Virus record (IMG/VR): IMGVR_UViG_3300009506_000151
Location: 1 to 32,599 of that record
DNA length: 32,599 bases
Source of the DNA: a virus
Lineage: Duplodnaviria > Caudoviricetes
Direction: 5' to 3' (one strand)
Both the position numbers and the translations under genes were made by a program. Within the stretch, counting starts at the first letter, position 1. Every line of letters starts with the position of its first letter. The notes under the pieces were generated by a model. The model did not search any database. It was given only the letters and a program-made list of their open reading frames with translations, and had not been told where the DNA came from. Positions 25,208 through 32,599 of this stretch are shown here, one piece after another.

Positions 25208-26526
25208 TCATCGCCCCCTTGCACGTTCGTATGCACGCCGTAATCCATGACGTCGTAATCGACTTCGGCCTGATGCCGCTGGCGCTGGAAGATCGCCACG
25301 TCAAACATCTGCACGGCCAGCTCGCGGAAGGCGTCAGCGCCGTGGCTTGCCCAGTCGTGCCGCGGCTTCTGCTTCGGCGTGTCCTTGTCTTCATCGATCT
25401 CGACGCGGTAGCTTTGAAGCGCCTCGATACCGAGCTCACACTTGGTGGCATCAAACACGCATTTCGGGAGCATTCCACGCACTGCGTTGATGCCGTCCGC
25501 TACCGGCAATTGCGTGCCGACTCCGATCGGCCTCAGCCCGATGCTTTCCAGCGTCTCTTTCCGCGTCTTGGCGCTCGTGATTTCACGGGTTCCCACATCA
25601 TGCGGCATGTGGTGCATCGCGTAGATGTAGGGCTTCTCCATCACGATCTTGGCCACGTCGGTCAGCGCCCGTCCGGTGCATTCCAGATAGTCGATAATGC
25701 GGATCTCGAGCCCGACAATCTGCGCAAACCATACGGCCGTCGCGTCATCAATCCCCAAATCCCAGCCAGTGTAGACAGGATACTGCTTGTCATACGGCAC
25801 CCGCGTCAGGCGCCCGCTCGTGCGCACGGCGAGCATTTCGTTGAGATAGTATGCGCCTTGCACGGCTGTCGCGAAGTCGCCTTCCCAGATGTGCGAGCAC
25901 TGCTCTGGGCGATCCCTCAGGTCCCGCTGCCTGGTCCTCTCCAGCGTCGACGGAAACCATGGATTGTCCCGCCAGTTGATCTCGGCCACTTTGATGCGGG
26001 GATCGGGCGCACACATCCTGAACCGTCGGTGTGTGGCGCTGCGCTTGCTTTCCGGGTTCCACGTCACCCACAGTTCGCTGTCTTCCTCACGCAGTGTCGG
26101 GATAAGCTTGGTCCAGGCTTCATCGGTGACGGGCTCAGCCTCATCGACCCATGCCAGCAGGATCCGGGACTTCGACTTGATGGCGTCCAGCGATCGGTCT
26201 AGCCCGGCGAACACGTAGTGAATGCTTCCGCTCTTGGTCCTGATATACTTTTCGCCAATGTCGAAGTGCGGTTCCAACCAGGGCTCGTCTCTGATCGCCG
26301 CCTTGATCTCCTCCATCGAGGAGTCTGCCAGCGAGTTCATGAACTGACGGCCACAAAGGATGATGCCTTCGCGTCCAGCCCGATCCCACATGTGCGTGCG
26401 AATGGCACTCAGCTTGGCGAACGTCCTGGTCTTTCCTGATCCTCTCCCGCCGTAAGCGCCTCTGACATCTGCTTCCCCTTCGAAGACGGGGATGAGCTTG
26501 TCAGGAATCTCTATCTTCGCTCGCAC
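25192..26526 (-). CDS. terL: terminase large subunit (PBSX-type)
   Basis: Walker A YGGRGSGKT, Walker B AWVDEAE, TWNP, nuclease GWDLG and SHGADAFR. Likely GTG start at 26526. Confidence 0.93.
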   Translation of the reverse strand: MRAKIEIPDKLIPVFEGEADVRGAYGGRGSGKTRTFAKLSAIRTHMWDRAGREGIILCGRQFMNSLADSSMEEIKAAIRDEPWLEPHFDIGEKYIRTKSGSIHYVFAGLDRSLDAIKSKSRILLAWVDEAEPVTDEAWTKLIPTLREEDSELWVTWNPESKRSATHRRFRMCAPDPRIKVAEINWRDNPWFPSTLERTRQRDLRDRPEQCSHIWEGDFATAVQGAYYLNEMLAVRTSGRLTRVPYDKQYPVYTGWDLGIDDATAVWFAQIVGLEIRIIDYLECTGRALTDVAKIVMEKPYIYAMHHMPHDVGTREITSAKTRKETLESIGLRPIGVGTQLPVADGINAVRGMLPKCVFDATKCELGIEALQSYRVEIDEDKDTPKQKPRHDWASHGADAFRELAVQMFDVAIFQRQRHQAEVDYDVMDYGVHTNVQGGDEWRPW

Positions 26527-26770
26527 GCTTGCCGATGAGTTCAATGCTGTGAACGACTGAAACAGGCGCGTCTTCGCTGCCTGTAAGCTCAATCGAAGAG
26601 ATGTCAGGCATGACCTTCTTCAGCAACGCAATGCCTATCTGCGCTTGTGTTGCCGTCATCTCCTCTTTCCCTTCTGCCGCCTTGATTAACTTACTGAGAA
26701 TATTAGAATTCGCGATTTTATCTCGATGCTCAGGCGACATCACATACGGGCGCCTTCCACGGGCAGCCAT
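26501..26770 (-). CDS. putative terminase small subunit
   Basis: Directly upstream of and overlapping terL; IALLKKVMPDISSIELTG...PV. Confidence 0.65.
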   Translation of the reverse strand: MAARGRRPYVMSPEHRDKIANSNILSKLIKAAEGKEEMTATQAQIGIALLKKVMPDISSIELTGSEDAPVSVVHSIELIGKRASEDRDS

Positions 26771-26896
26771 CAGTCTCTCCTCATCTCGTCTCTGTAACCT
26801 TCAAAAAGTGCATCAAACGTTGCCTTCGGATAGATCAGGCTCGTCCATGCCGCCAGGTTGAAGGCGATGAACAGCTTGAGCCTGATGCGAATGGCC

Positions 26897-27997
26897 TTAA
26901 GCAGCGCCTCTAAGCTCCCCTGCCTTGCGTTCCATGGCCTCCGCCTCCTGGATCATCAAGGCCCAGTCTCGCATGTTTTCCTCGAACTTCGAGCGGTTAT
27001 GCTCTCGCCGTTCCTCAACGGTTGTTGTTCGGCGGTATTCGTCCATGCGGCGATCGCGGGCGGCTTGGGCTTGATGGGCGTCTTCGGCGTTCAGGGAAAC
27101 TGGTTCGGCTGGCAGGTATCGGGCTTGCGGCGCTGGTGCCGGCATTTGTTCCCGGCCAATCACACCGCTGCCGATTTCGAAGCTGAGGTAGATGATCCCA
27201 AGCGTCGTAAGCACGCAGGTAACCAGCATGATGCTGTTGTTCCCCCAGAACATCGCCACGTCGCCCTGTTCGCCAGTGGTGTTGCCAAAGATGAACAGCG
27301 TCACCCATGAGACGAGCGATTTGACCTGCGCCATGGCGGCCGAGCTTTCGACTGGCGTGTCTGCACTCTTGGCCTTGGCCTCGACGAGCTCGCGCTCAAG
27401 CTGCACCATCTCCGCCTTGAGAGCAAGGCGCTGTTCTGCGTTGGCCTTGTTGGCGTTGAGGTCTTCGAGTTCCTTGGTCTTCTGCTCGCAAATGCGGCCG
27501 CACCCGCCGCGCTTGGCCTCGTTGTCGCGAATGAGTTCTGCAGCACGGATCAGGCCGTCATAAGCCGCCGGCGCGAGGTAGGTGGTTTTCCAGGCTGTCT
27601 GCGCTCTGATCTCAGCAATACGCTTCTCGATGCGATTCACTTCGGTGCGTGCGTCCCGCGCGAGCGTATTCGCATTCTGCGTCTTGACGGTGAGCGCGTC
27701 CCTGATCGAAGCCGAGCTGCCATAATCGGTGATGATGTTGGCGCCGGCGAACAGGACACCAAGAAATGCCCACCGGATGAAATCAACCGGCCGATGCCGA
27801 TATTCTCCTGCCTTGATGAAGCAGAGTCCAACAAGCCGCGAGATCATCGCGAATATCAGAGCCAGCACGACACCAAGCCATATGACGCCGCCGGCCAGGG
27901 TCCAGCCGAAATAGGCGGTCAAGACCATGGAACCGTTCACTAGCACCCAGTGTCCGGTGCGCAGCTCCCAGTCAGGGTGGCTCAGCCAGCGTCTCAT
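26897..27997 (-). CDS. multi-TM coiled-coil membrane protein
   Basis: Three N-terminal TM segments, a long coiled coil with GGCGRIC, and one or two further TM segments. Confidence 0.75.
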   Translation of the reverse strand: MRRWLSHPDWELRTGHWVLVNGSMVLTAYFGWTLAGGVIWLGVVLALIFAMISRLVGLCFIKAGEYRHRPVDFIRWAFLGVLFAGANIITDYGSSASIRDALTVKTQNANTLARDARTEVNRIEKRIAEIRAQTAWKTTYLAPAAYDGLIRAAELIRDNEAKRGGCGRICEQKTKELEDLNANKANAEQRLALKAEMVQLERELVEAKAKSADTPVESSAAMAQVKSLVSWVTLFIFGNTTGEQGDVAMFWGNNSIMLVTCVLTTLGIIYLSFEIGSGVIGREQMPAPAPQARYLPAEPVSLNAEDAHQAQAARDRRMDEYRRTTTVEERREHNRSKFEENMRDWALMIQEAEAMERKAGELRGAA

Positions 27998-28158
27998 CGC
28001 TTACCACCAACCAGCGCGCAGGCGATCGAGAATGCAGCCCACGTCAGAGGATTCCCTGGCACCTTAAAGCCAGGAATATACTGATCCAAGACGGCAGCAA
28101 TACCGATGACAAGGAAGATCGGAGCCAGCGCCCCGAGAGACGATGCGTCAAGCTTCAT
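27994..28158 (-). CDS. 54-aa two-TM membrane protein
   Basis: Not in ORF track. GAGG RBS; MKLDASSLGALAPIFLVIGIAAVLDQYIPGFKVPGNPLTWAAFSIACALVGGKR; ATGA overlap with the next gene. Confidence 0.7.
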   Translation of the reverse strand: MKLDASSLGALAPIFLVIGIAAVLDQYIPGFKVPGNPLTWAAFSIACALVGGKR

Positions 28159-28305
28159 TGCACCCTCGCCTTAATTCGGTCGTGGTGTGGGATTAAAGTC
28201 ACTAATGTCAGTGAGTGATTCGCGTTCCAAGGCGGGGTTCGTATCGAGTACCCGCCTAAACGCATGGCCTCTGGCCCAATTCACGCGAACTATACCTGAT
28301 TTGCC

Positions 28306-28512
28306 TTATTCGGCGTTACGCGTCAAGGTACCTAAGTCGATCTCAACATCTGACGTACTGCTTTCGATTACCGAAATCACAGGGCCATCCGGACCGAGCT
28401 TCATCTCGTACGACCTCACCGTTCCGTCAGGCAGCATTGCGAACAAGCGCTTCCCATCAGATTTTAGCTCTGTGCCAGCCGGAAGCGAGTCTATCGTTAT
28501 TGTTTCGTCCAT
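28306..28512 (-). CDS. hypothetical protein
   Basis: GAGGA RBS before MDETITIDSLP... Confidence 0.55.
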   Translation of the reverse strand: MDETITIDSLPAGTELKSDGKRLFAMLPDGTVRSYEMKLGPDGPVISVIESSTSDVEIDLGTLTRNAE

Positions 28513-28531
28513 GTCCTCACCTTCCAAATTA

Positions 28532-28618
28532 CTATTTGGACAAGTTGATGAAGATCGTTACGACACTCAGAACAATGGCCACACATGAAAGCACAACTGC
28601 AATCTCTTCTCCACTCAC
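28532..28618 (-). CDS. 28-aa single-TM peptide
   Basis: Not in ORF track. GTGA overlap; MSGEEIAVVLSCVAIVLSVVTIFINLSK. Confidence 0.5.
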   Translation of the reverse strand: MSGEEIAVVLSCVAIVLSVVTIFINLSK

Positions 28619-29106
28619 GTCGTCACCTGTGAAATTCCCCAAGCCCAAGCGCAGATATCCAAGCCTTCCCGAACGTAGGTCAAGCCGACTGCTCGAGCAA
28701 TCGCGTCTGTTTTGGTTGGCATGTACATCCGGCCGATGTCCTTGAGATCCATCTCGGCAACGAGAAATAGCTCCATGACCTGGTTGACGCGGCTGCTCAT
28801 CATGCGGCGGGCATAGCTGAGGTCTGAGGCCATGGCTTCACGGGTAGGATAATCTGGATCGGCTGGCGTTCCTGGCAGTTCATCGTCTTCGCGCACGTCG
28901 GCGCCAAGCACACTGCATGCATACGCCCTGTAGAAGCGCTTGGAGGCAGCAAACTGTTCGTCTGATAGATCACCCTTCCTGTGACAGATCTCAGCCGGTG
29001 CGATGCCCCTGTAGGCCGTGGCCTGGGTTTTCTGGTCCGTGTGCGCCTTCTGGTGCTCGTGGTGGCGCATCCATTCACGCGTAGGTGCGAGTGTGTCTGT
29101 GGTCAT
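28615..29106 (-). CDS. putative late-gene regulator (DUF6456-like, Q position)
   Basis: HRKGDLSDEQFAASKRF N-terminal region and HTH-like C-terminus; position between replication and packaging genes. Confidence 0.55.
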   Translation of the reverse strand: MTTDTLAPTREWMRHHEHQKAHTDQKTQATAYRGIAPAEICHRKGDLSDEQFAASKRFYRAYACSVLGADVREDDELPGTPADPDYPTREAMASDLSYARRMMSSRVNQVMELFLVAEMDLKDIGRMYMPTKTDAIARAVGLTYVREGLDICAWAWGISQVTT

Positions 29107-29134
29107 GATCGTGCCTTCTGTCTGGTACGCGGCA

Positions 29135-29299
29135 CTATTTCGCTTTCCCGATTGAATTCAGAGTTCTCGCCTTTCCCGGGCTCACGGCTCTGGCCTTCTT
29201 GGATTTGCGCTCTCGAATGGCCTGGCTTGCATCCGTCTTGCGCTTCGTGCGGACGATCTTCCCGTCTACGTGCTTGAAGCCCTTGCCGAGGGTGGTCAT
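29135..29299 (-). CDS. small basic protein (54 aa)
   Basis: ATGA overlap; MTTLGKGFKHVDGKIVRTKRK... Preferred over the ORF track's 29103-29321. Confidence 0.6.
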   Translation of the reverse strand: MTTLGKGFKHVDGKIVRTKRKTDASQAIRERKSKKARAVSPGKARTLNSIGKAK

Positions 29300-29520
29300 T
29301 CGTCGCCCTCATGAACAACAAGCCCCATCCTGTTGACCTTGGCTTGCATCAGATCGCATCGATCTCCGTGGCGTTTTTGCAGGAAGTCATCACACGCAAA
29401 CTCACCGGACGGAACCGTGAACACTGCATAGCTTTGGTTGGCCGATGGGATTGCACAAAACCGATGGCAATCACATGCAGAGACGCACTCATCGTTTCGG
29501 CACATGGTGATGTCAGCCAT
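29296..29520 (-). CDS. small Cys-rich phage protein
   Basis: GGAGGA RBS; MADITMCRNDECVSACDCHRF...QSYAVF. Confidence 0.7.
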   Translation of the reverse strand: MADITMCRNDECVSACDCHRFCAIPSANQSYAVFTVPSGEFACDDFLQKRHGDRCDLMQAKVNRMGLVVHEGDE

Positions 29521-29571
29521 CCACGTCCTCCAAGAACTTGAGCCTCGGCAATGAGGGCCAGACAATGGTTG

Positions 29572-29958
29572 TCATGCTCTCGAAGCAACGCGCTGTAAGC
29601 CTTGCCCTCTGGAAATGGTCCCACCATCGCCATCGTATCGCTGCCGGCGCGCGCCTGCGATGTCTCTGCCTGCCTCCCGGAGTGCCTTTCCGATGCGCTC
29701 AGGCGATGTCCCGAGCCGTTCCGCGATCGCGCTCGTAGACAGGCCGTGATCCCACAGCTCGACGGCCGTCGCATCGTCGAATTCATACCAGCGCTTCTGG
29801 GGTTTCGTCGGCCGTTCAACGCCCAATCGCTTGAGACGTTGGCCAACCGTGTTAGCGGCCAATCCGATCTCGCCAGCAATATCCTTGATTTTCACGCCGG
29901 CTGCGTATAGCCGGAGCATTTTTTCATCTTCCCCACAGCGTGGGCAGGTCTTGGTCAT
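29572..29958 (-). CDS. HTH DNA-binding protein (CxxC plus two HTH)
   Basis: CPRCG; IKDIAGEIGLAANTV; TSAIAERLGTSPERI. Confidence 0.75.
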   Translation of the reverse strand: MTKTCPRCGEDEKMLRLYAAGVKIKDIAGEIGLAANTVGQRLKRLGVERPTKPQKRWYEFDDATAVELWDHGLSTSAIAERLGTSPERIGKALREAGRDIAGARRQRYDGDGGTISRGQGLQRVASRA

Positions 29959-29974
29959 TCTGCTGCCTCCACGG

Positions 29975-31360
29975 TCATGCGAGATCCCTCACGACATTGC
30001 AGGCCGGATCGCAGTAGACATGCACGATCTCGGTTGGTCCGTTGCGGTTCTTGGCGACGATGATTTCTGCGGCGTTGCGCACGGCCTCGAGGTGGGCTTG
30101 ACGCTCGAGCTCCTGCTGCGTGCCGGCGTCGTGCTTCATCCGCTCGAGGTAGTAGCTTTCCCGATAGGCGAACATGACCACGTGGGCGTCCTGCTCGATG
30201 TCGCCGCTGTTGCGGAGATCGGACAAGCCCGGGCGTTTGTTCTCCCGTCCTTCGACGCCGCGGTTAAGCTGCTGCATCGCTAGCACGCAGCAATCGAGCT
30301 CCTTGGCCAGCGTGGCAAGCCCGTTGCTGATCTCTCCGACTTCGTTGACCTTGTTGCCGGCGTAGCGGCCTGACGGCTTGATCAGGCCCATGTGGTCAAC
30401 AACGATCAGATCCAGCGATCCGCCGTCAGTTTCGAACTGTTTCTTGTGTTTCCGAGCTCGTGCAGCGATTTCGGAAACCGTCAGCGACCTCTGGTCATCG
30501 ATCACAAGCGGGATCGTCTCGAACTTCGCAGCAGCCGTTTGCCAGCGCTCGAACTGGTCATCTGTCAGCGAGCCATTGAGCGCCCAGGTGTACGGGATTG
30601 GCCTGTCACTGGTCCAAGCGATGTCCGACATTGACCTACATGCGAGTTCGTGACGGCCCATCTCGAGGCTGAACAGAACCGTGCCATGTCTGGCGTGAGC
30701 CGTGCGTACCAGCGAGGCCAAGCCGATCATGGATTTGCCCATGGATGGCCGGCCGGCAAGGATGCAGAACTGGCCGCGGTGATAGCCGCCGATGCTCGCG
30801 TCCAGCGTTTTGAGGCCAGTTGTTGCCCGCTGTGCTGGCGTCGGATTGCGGAGCTCGGCAACAGCATCACGGATCGCTTGGCTGTAGGTGGCGTAGGTTT
30901 TGGTTTCCCTGCCTTCGACCAGCACGCCGTCGATTTCCGCGATGACATCGGCAAGAAACCCGCGAATGTCGGTTTCGTGGTCAGCACCGGCTGAGCTCAT
31001 GGCCCGGCCGATCGCCATCACATGCCGGCGGTTGGCAATGTCCTTGAGATCATCCGCAGCACCCGGCGTGAGATCAGCGATCCCCTTGACCTCGAGGCGA
31101 CGGACATATTCGGCAGCCGAGCAGTTTTCGGTGATGGGCGCCGCATGCTGCACCTTGGCTGCCAGCATCTTGGCATTGATGCCGCGGCCTTCGCCGTGAG
31201 CGCTCGAGATCAGCCGGAAAATCTCCCGGTGGAATGGCTCGGCAAAGTGATGCTCTGCCATTTGCCACTGGTCGAACAAGCGCTCATTGGCCAGCAATCC
31301 GCCAAGCACGACCTGTTCTGCCTCAATGGAGGCGCGCTCTAGCGTGTCAGTGTCGTGCAT
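29975..31360 (-). CDS. dnaB: DnaB-like replicative helicase
   Basis: AGRPSMGKS, FSLEM, IVVDH, QLNRGVEGRENKRPGLSDLRNSGDIEQDA, KNRNG. Confidence 0.95.
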   Translation of the reverse strand: MHDTDTLERASIEAEQVVLGGLLANERLFDQWQMAEHHFAEPFHREIFRLISSAHGEGRGINAKMLAAKVQHAAPITENCSAAEYVRRLEVKGIADLTPGAADDLKDIANRRHVMAIGRAMSSAGADHETDIRGFLADVIAEIDGVLVEGRETKTYATYSQAIRDAVAELRNPTPAQRATTGLKTLDASIGGYHRGQFCILAGRPSMGKSMIGLASLVRTAHARHGTVLFSLEMGRHELACRSMSDIAWTSDRPIPYTWALNGSLTDDQFERWQTAAAKFETIPLVIDDQRSLTVSEIAARARKHKKQFETDGGSLDLIVVDHMGLIKPSGRYAGNKVNEVGEISNGLATLAKELDCCVLAMQQLNRGVEGRENKRPGLSDLRNSGDIEQDAHVVMFAYRESYYLERMKHDAGTQQELERQAHLEAVRNAAEIIVAKNRNGPTEIVHVYCDPACNVVRDLA

Positions 31361-32138
31361 CGCCAACCTCCTTTAGCACCCGGTTTTTCCAGTTCCGCAT
31401 GAATGGCGTTTCCTCGATCTCCTCATTCTCGAGAAGTTCAGAGCCTGGAGCTGGTTTGCAATATCGAGGCGTGCTTGGGTCGAGCTTGAAGCCAAGGCTG
31501 GCGCTTGGAAGTCCTGCGTTCTGGCCTTCAGCCAAAGCGTTGGCGAATACGTTCACTGTCGCTTGCCGCCGGCTCTTGGCCTCGGCTACCGCCTTGGTGA
31601 AATATCCCCATCCGCTGATGGTTCGGCCCTTGGCGATCATACGCCCGCCGATGTCTCGGATTGTTGGCAGGATGTCACGCTCGAGGTCTGCCCCCTGGTC
31701 AATCCATGCCAACGGTTCTGAGAAGTTTTCGAGAGCAGCCGTTGTTCGATTGAGAGCCTTTCCGCCTGCTTCGAACATTTTTTCAGCAAGCGCAGCAGGA
31801 TTGATCTGCTCTGACTCTCCCAATGCTGTTGCTGTTGTTAGTTTGTTATTTTTTTCTTTTAGGGGGGTGTGGGGGGAACTTTCTTTTGCTGCAGTGACCG
31901 TACGGTCAGTTTTTGTGACTGAGTGGTCACTTTGTGACTGTACGGTCAGTTCCGTACGGTCACTTTTGACCGAGTGGTCACTTTGAGTGACTGTACGGTC
32001 ACTTTCTCCGAGCATCTTGATTGCCCGATAAACCGCGCTTGTGGTGCATTCTAGTTCAGCGGCAAGTTCTTTCGGGCAGGTTATCCCGCATCTCATGGCA
32101 AAGCGCACGGCATGCGCCAGAGGGGTAAGCTTGCTCAT
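31347..32138 (-). CDS. replication initiator protein (lambda O-like architecture)
   Basis: N-terminal HTH, central repetitive linker encoded by iterons, directly upstream of dnaB. Confidence 0.75.
   Translation of the reverse strand: MSKLTPLAHAVRFAMRCGITCPKELAAELECTTSAVYRAIKMLGESDRTVTQSDHSVKSDRTELTVQSQSDHSVTKTDRTVTAAKESSPHTPLKEKNNKLTTATALGESEQINPAALAEKMFEAGGKALNRTTAALENFSEPLAWIDQGADLERDILPTIRDIGGRMIAKGRTISGWGYFTKAVAEAKSRRQATVNVFANALAEGQNAGLPSASLGFKLDPSTPRYCKPAPGSELLENEEIEETPFMRNWKNRVLKEVGDARH
31828..32002. repeat. probable replication origin: six 16-bp palindromic iterons plus an A/T-rich tract
   Basis: GTGAC(C/T)G(TAC/AGT)GGTCA(C/G) at 31894, 31915, 31934, 31948, 31966 and 31987; T-rich tract at about 31830-31888. 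Confidence 0.8.
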
Positions 32139-32359
32139 CGCTTGGCCCTCCTGAACCGCATCGGCTTAGGAGGTGGCTGGAACAGATAGAGCGTGCGGCC
32201 GACAAGCCATTCGGCGGCGCCTAGCTCTTTCGCTGTTTCGATGAATGCGACTGCATCGCCTGTGTCGCAGATGTCCCAAGGCGCAGAGCCGTGTTGATAG
32301 ATGAAAAATAGTGTATCAAACGGCAGCTCTGCCTTGTTTCCGGCGTGATTTTCGTGCAT
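32135..32359 (-). CDS. hypothetical protein
   Basis: ATGA overlap with the initiator gene. Confidence 0.55.
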   Translation of the reverse strand: MHENHAGNKAELPFDTLFFIYQHGSAPWDICDTGDAVAFIETAKELGAAEWLVGRTLYLFQPPPKPMRFRRAKR

Positions 32360-32386
32360 TAATGTCCCCGTCAATTCTAATTATTT

Positions 32387-32425
32387 ACCCGTCGCGGCAC
32401 CCCATGCTGCGGCGGGTTTTTCTTT
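32387..32425 (+). terminator. hairpin plus U-tract
   Basis: ACCCGTCGCGGCA-CCCCA-TGCTGCGGCGGGT-TTTTCTTT; the G:U pairs form on the + strand. Confidence 0.6.
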
Positions 32426-32443
32426 ACGCGGAACTAAACGCTG

Positions 32444-32599
32444 GAACTCTCTAACGCCTAAGCAGGCCGGGCCGGGCGCTAATCCGGCTTGGATGGGCGA
32501 TCTCTCTTACCGGGACAGCTTTCACTGCCGATGGGGGCCTTGCGAGCCGTACCACCAACTCAATCCGGGTCCCTCTCTACCGTTTCATCCACCGAGTTC
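32444..32599 (-). ncRNA. candidate structured RNA (truncated at window edge)
   Basis: GNRA-capped hairpins (GCAA, GAAA), TGGATG/CATCCA and GAACTC/GAGTTC pairings, and a T-arm-like GCCGG-8nt-CCGGC. Confidence 0.4.

Noticed and set aside
26770-26910. Possible ~44-aa ORF (LLKAIRIRLKLFIAF...) ending in a TGATG overlap with terS
   Set aside because: No ATG, GTG or TTG start in frame; it would need CTG initiation, which I cannot support.
25192-31366. Inteins or introns in TerL or DnaB
   Set aside because: Lengths are normal and the motifs are contiguous.
6352-31986. Long + strand ORFs (e.g. 14074-15090, 19793-20875, 20829-21875, 22687-23877, 25219-26202)
   Set aside because: Antisense shadows of high-GC genes that have clear motifs on the minus strand.
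1-32599. Stop-codon reassignment or T7-type RNA polymerase promoters
   Set aside because: Genes are full length in code 11, and no repeated 23-bp promoter or RNAP gene is seen.

Overview
The window is about 32.6 kb of a high-GC, probably temperate podovirus or prophage, likely of an alphaproteobacterial host, with almost all genes on the minus strand. Read right to left it carries: (1) a lambdoid-type replication module, with an HTH initiator containing six palindromic iterons and a DnaB helicase; (2) small regulatory and membrane genes; (3) TerS and a PBSX-type TerL; (4) a BPP-1/T7-like virion module with GNAT, portal, scaffold, major capsid, decoration protein, tail tubular A/B and internal (ejection) proteins, one carrying an amidase domain; (5) an ADP-ribosyltransferase-like protein; (6) a lysis cassette; and (7) a tail fibre split over two frames. 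The most unusual part is 1-2660. A small serine recombinase and a palindromic operator/promoter sit between two divergent arrays of tiny ORFs. Each array has its own conserved junction motif (AAACG-N7-GGAG on the left, GGCCmGCAnnATGGA on the right), which looks like an integron-like gene-cassette system. All calls come from reading motifs by eye; no database searches were run.
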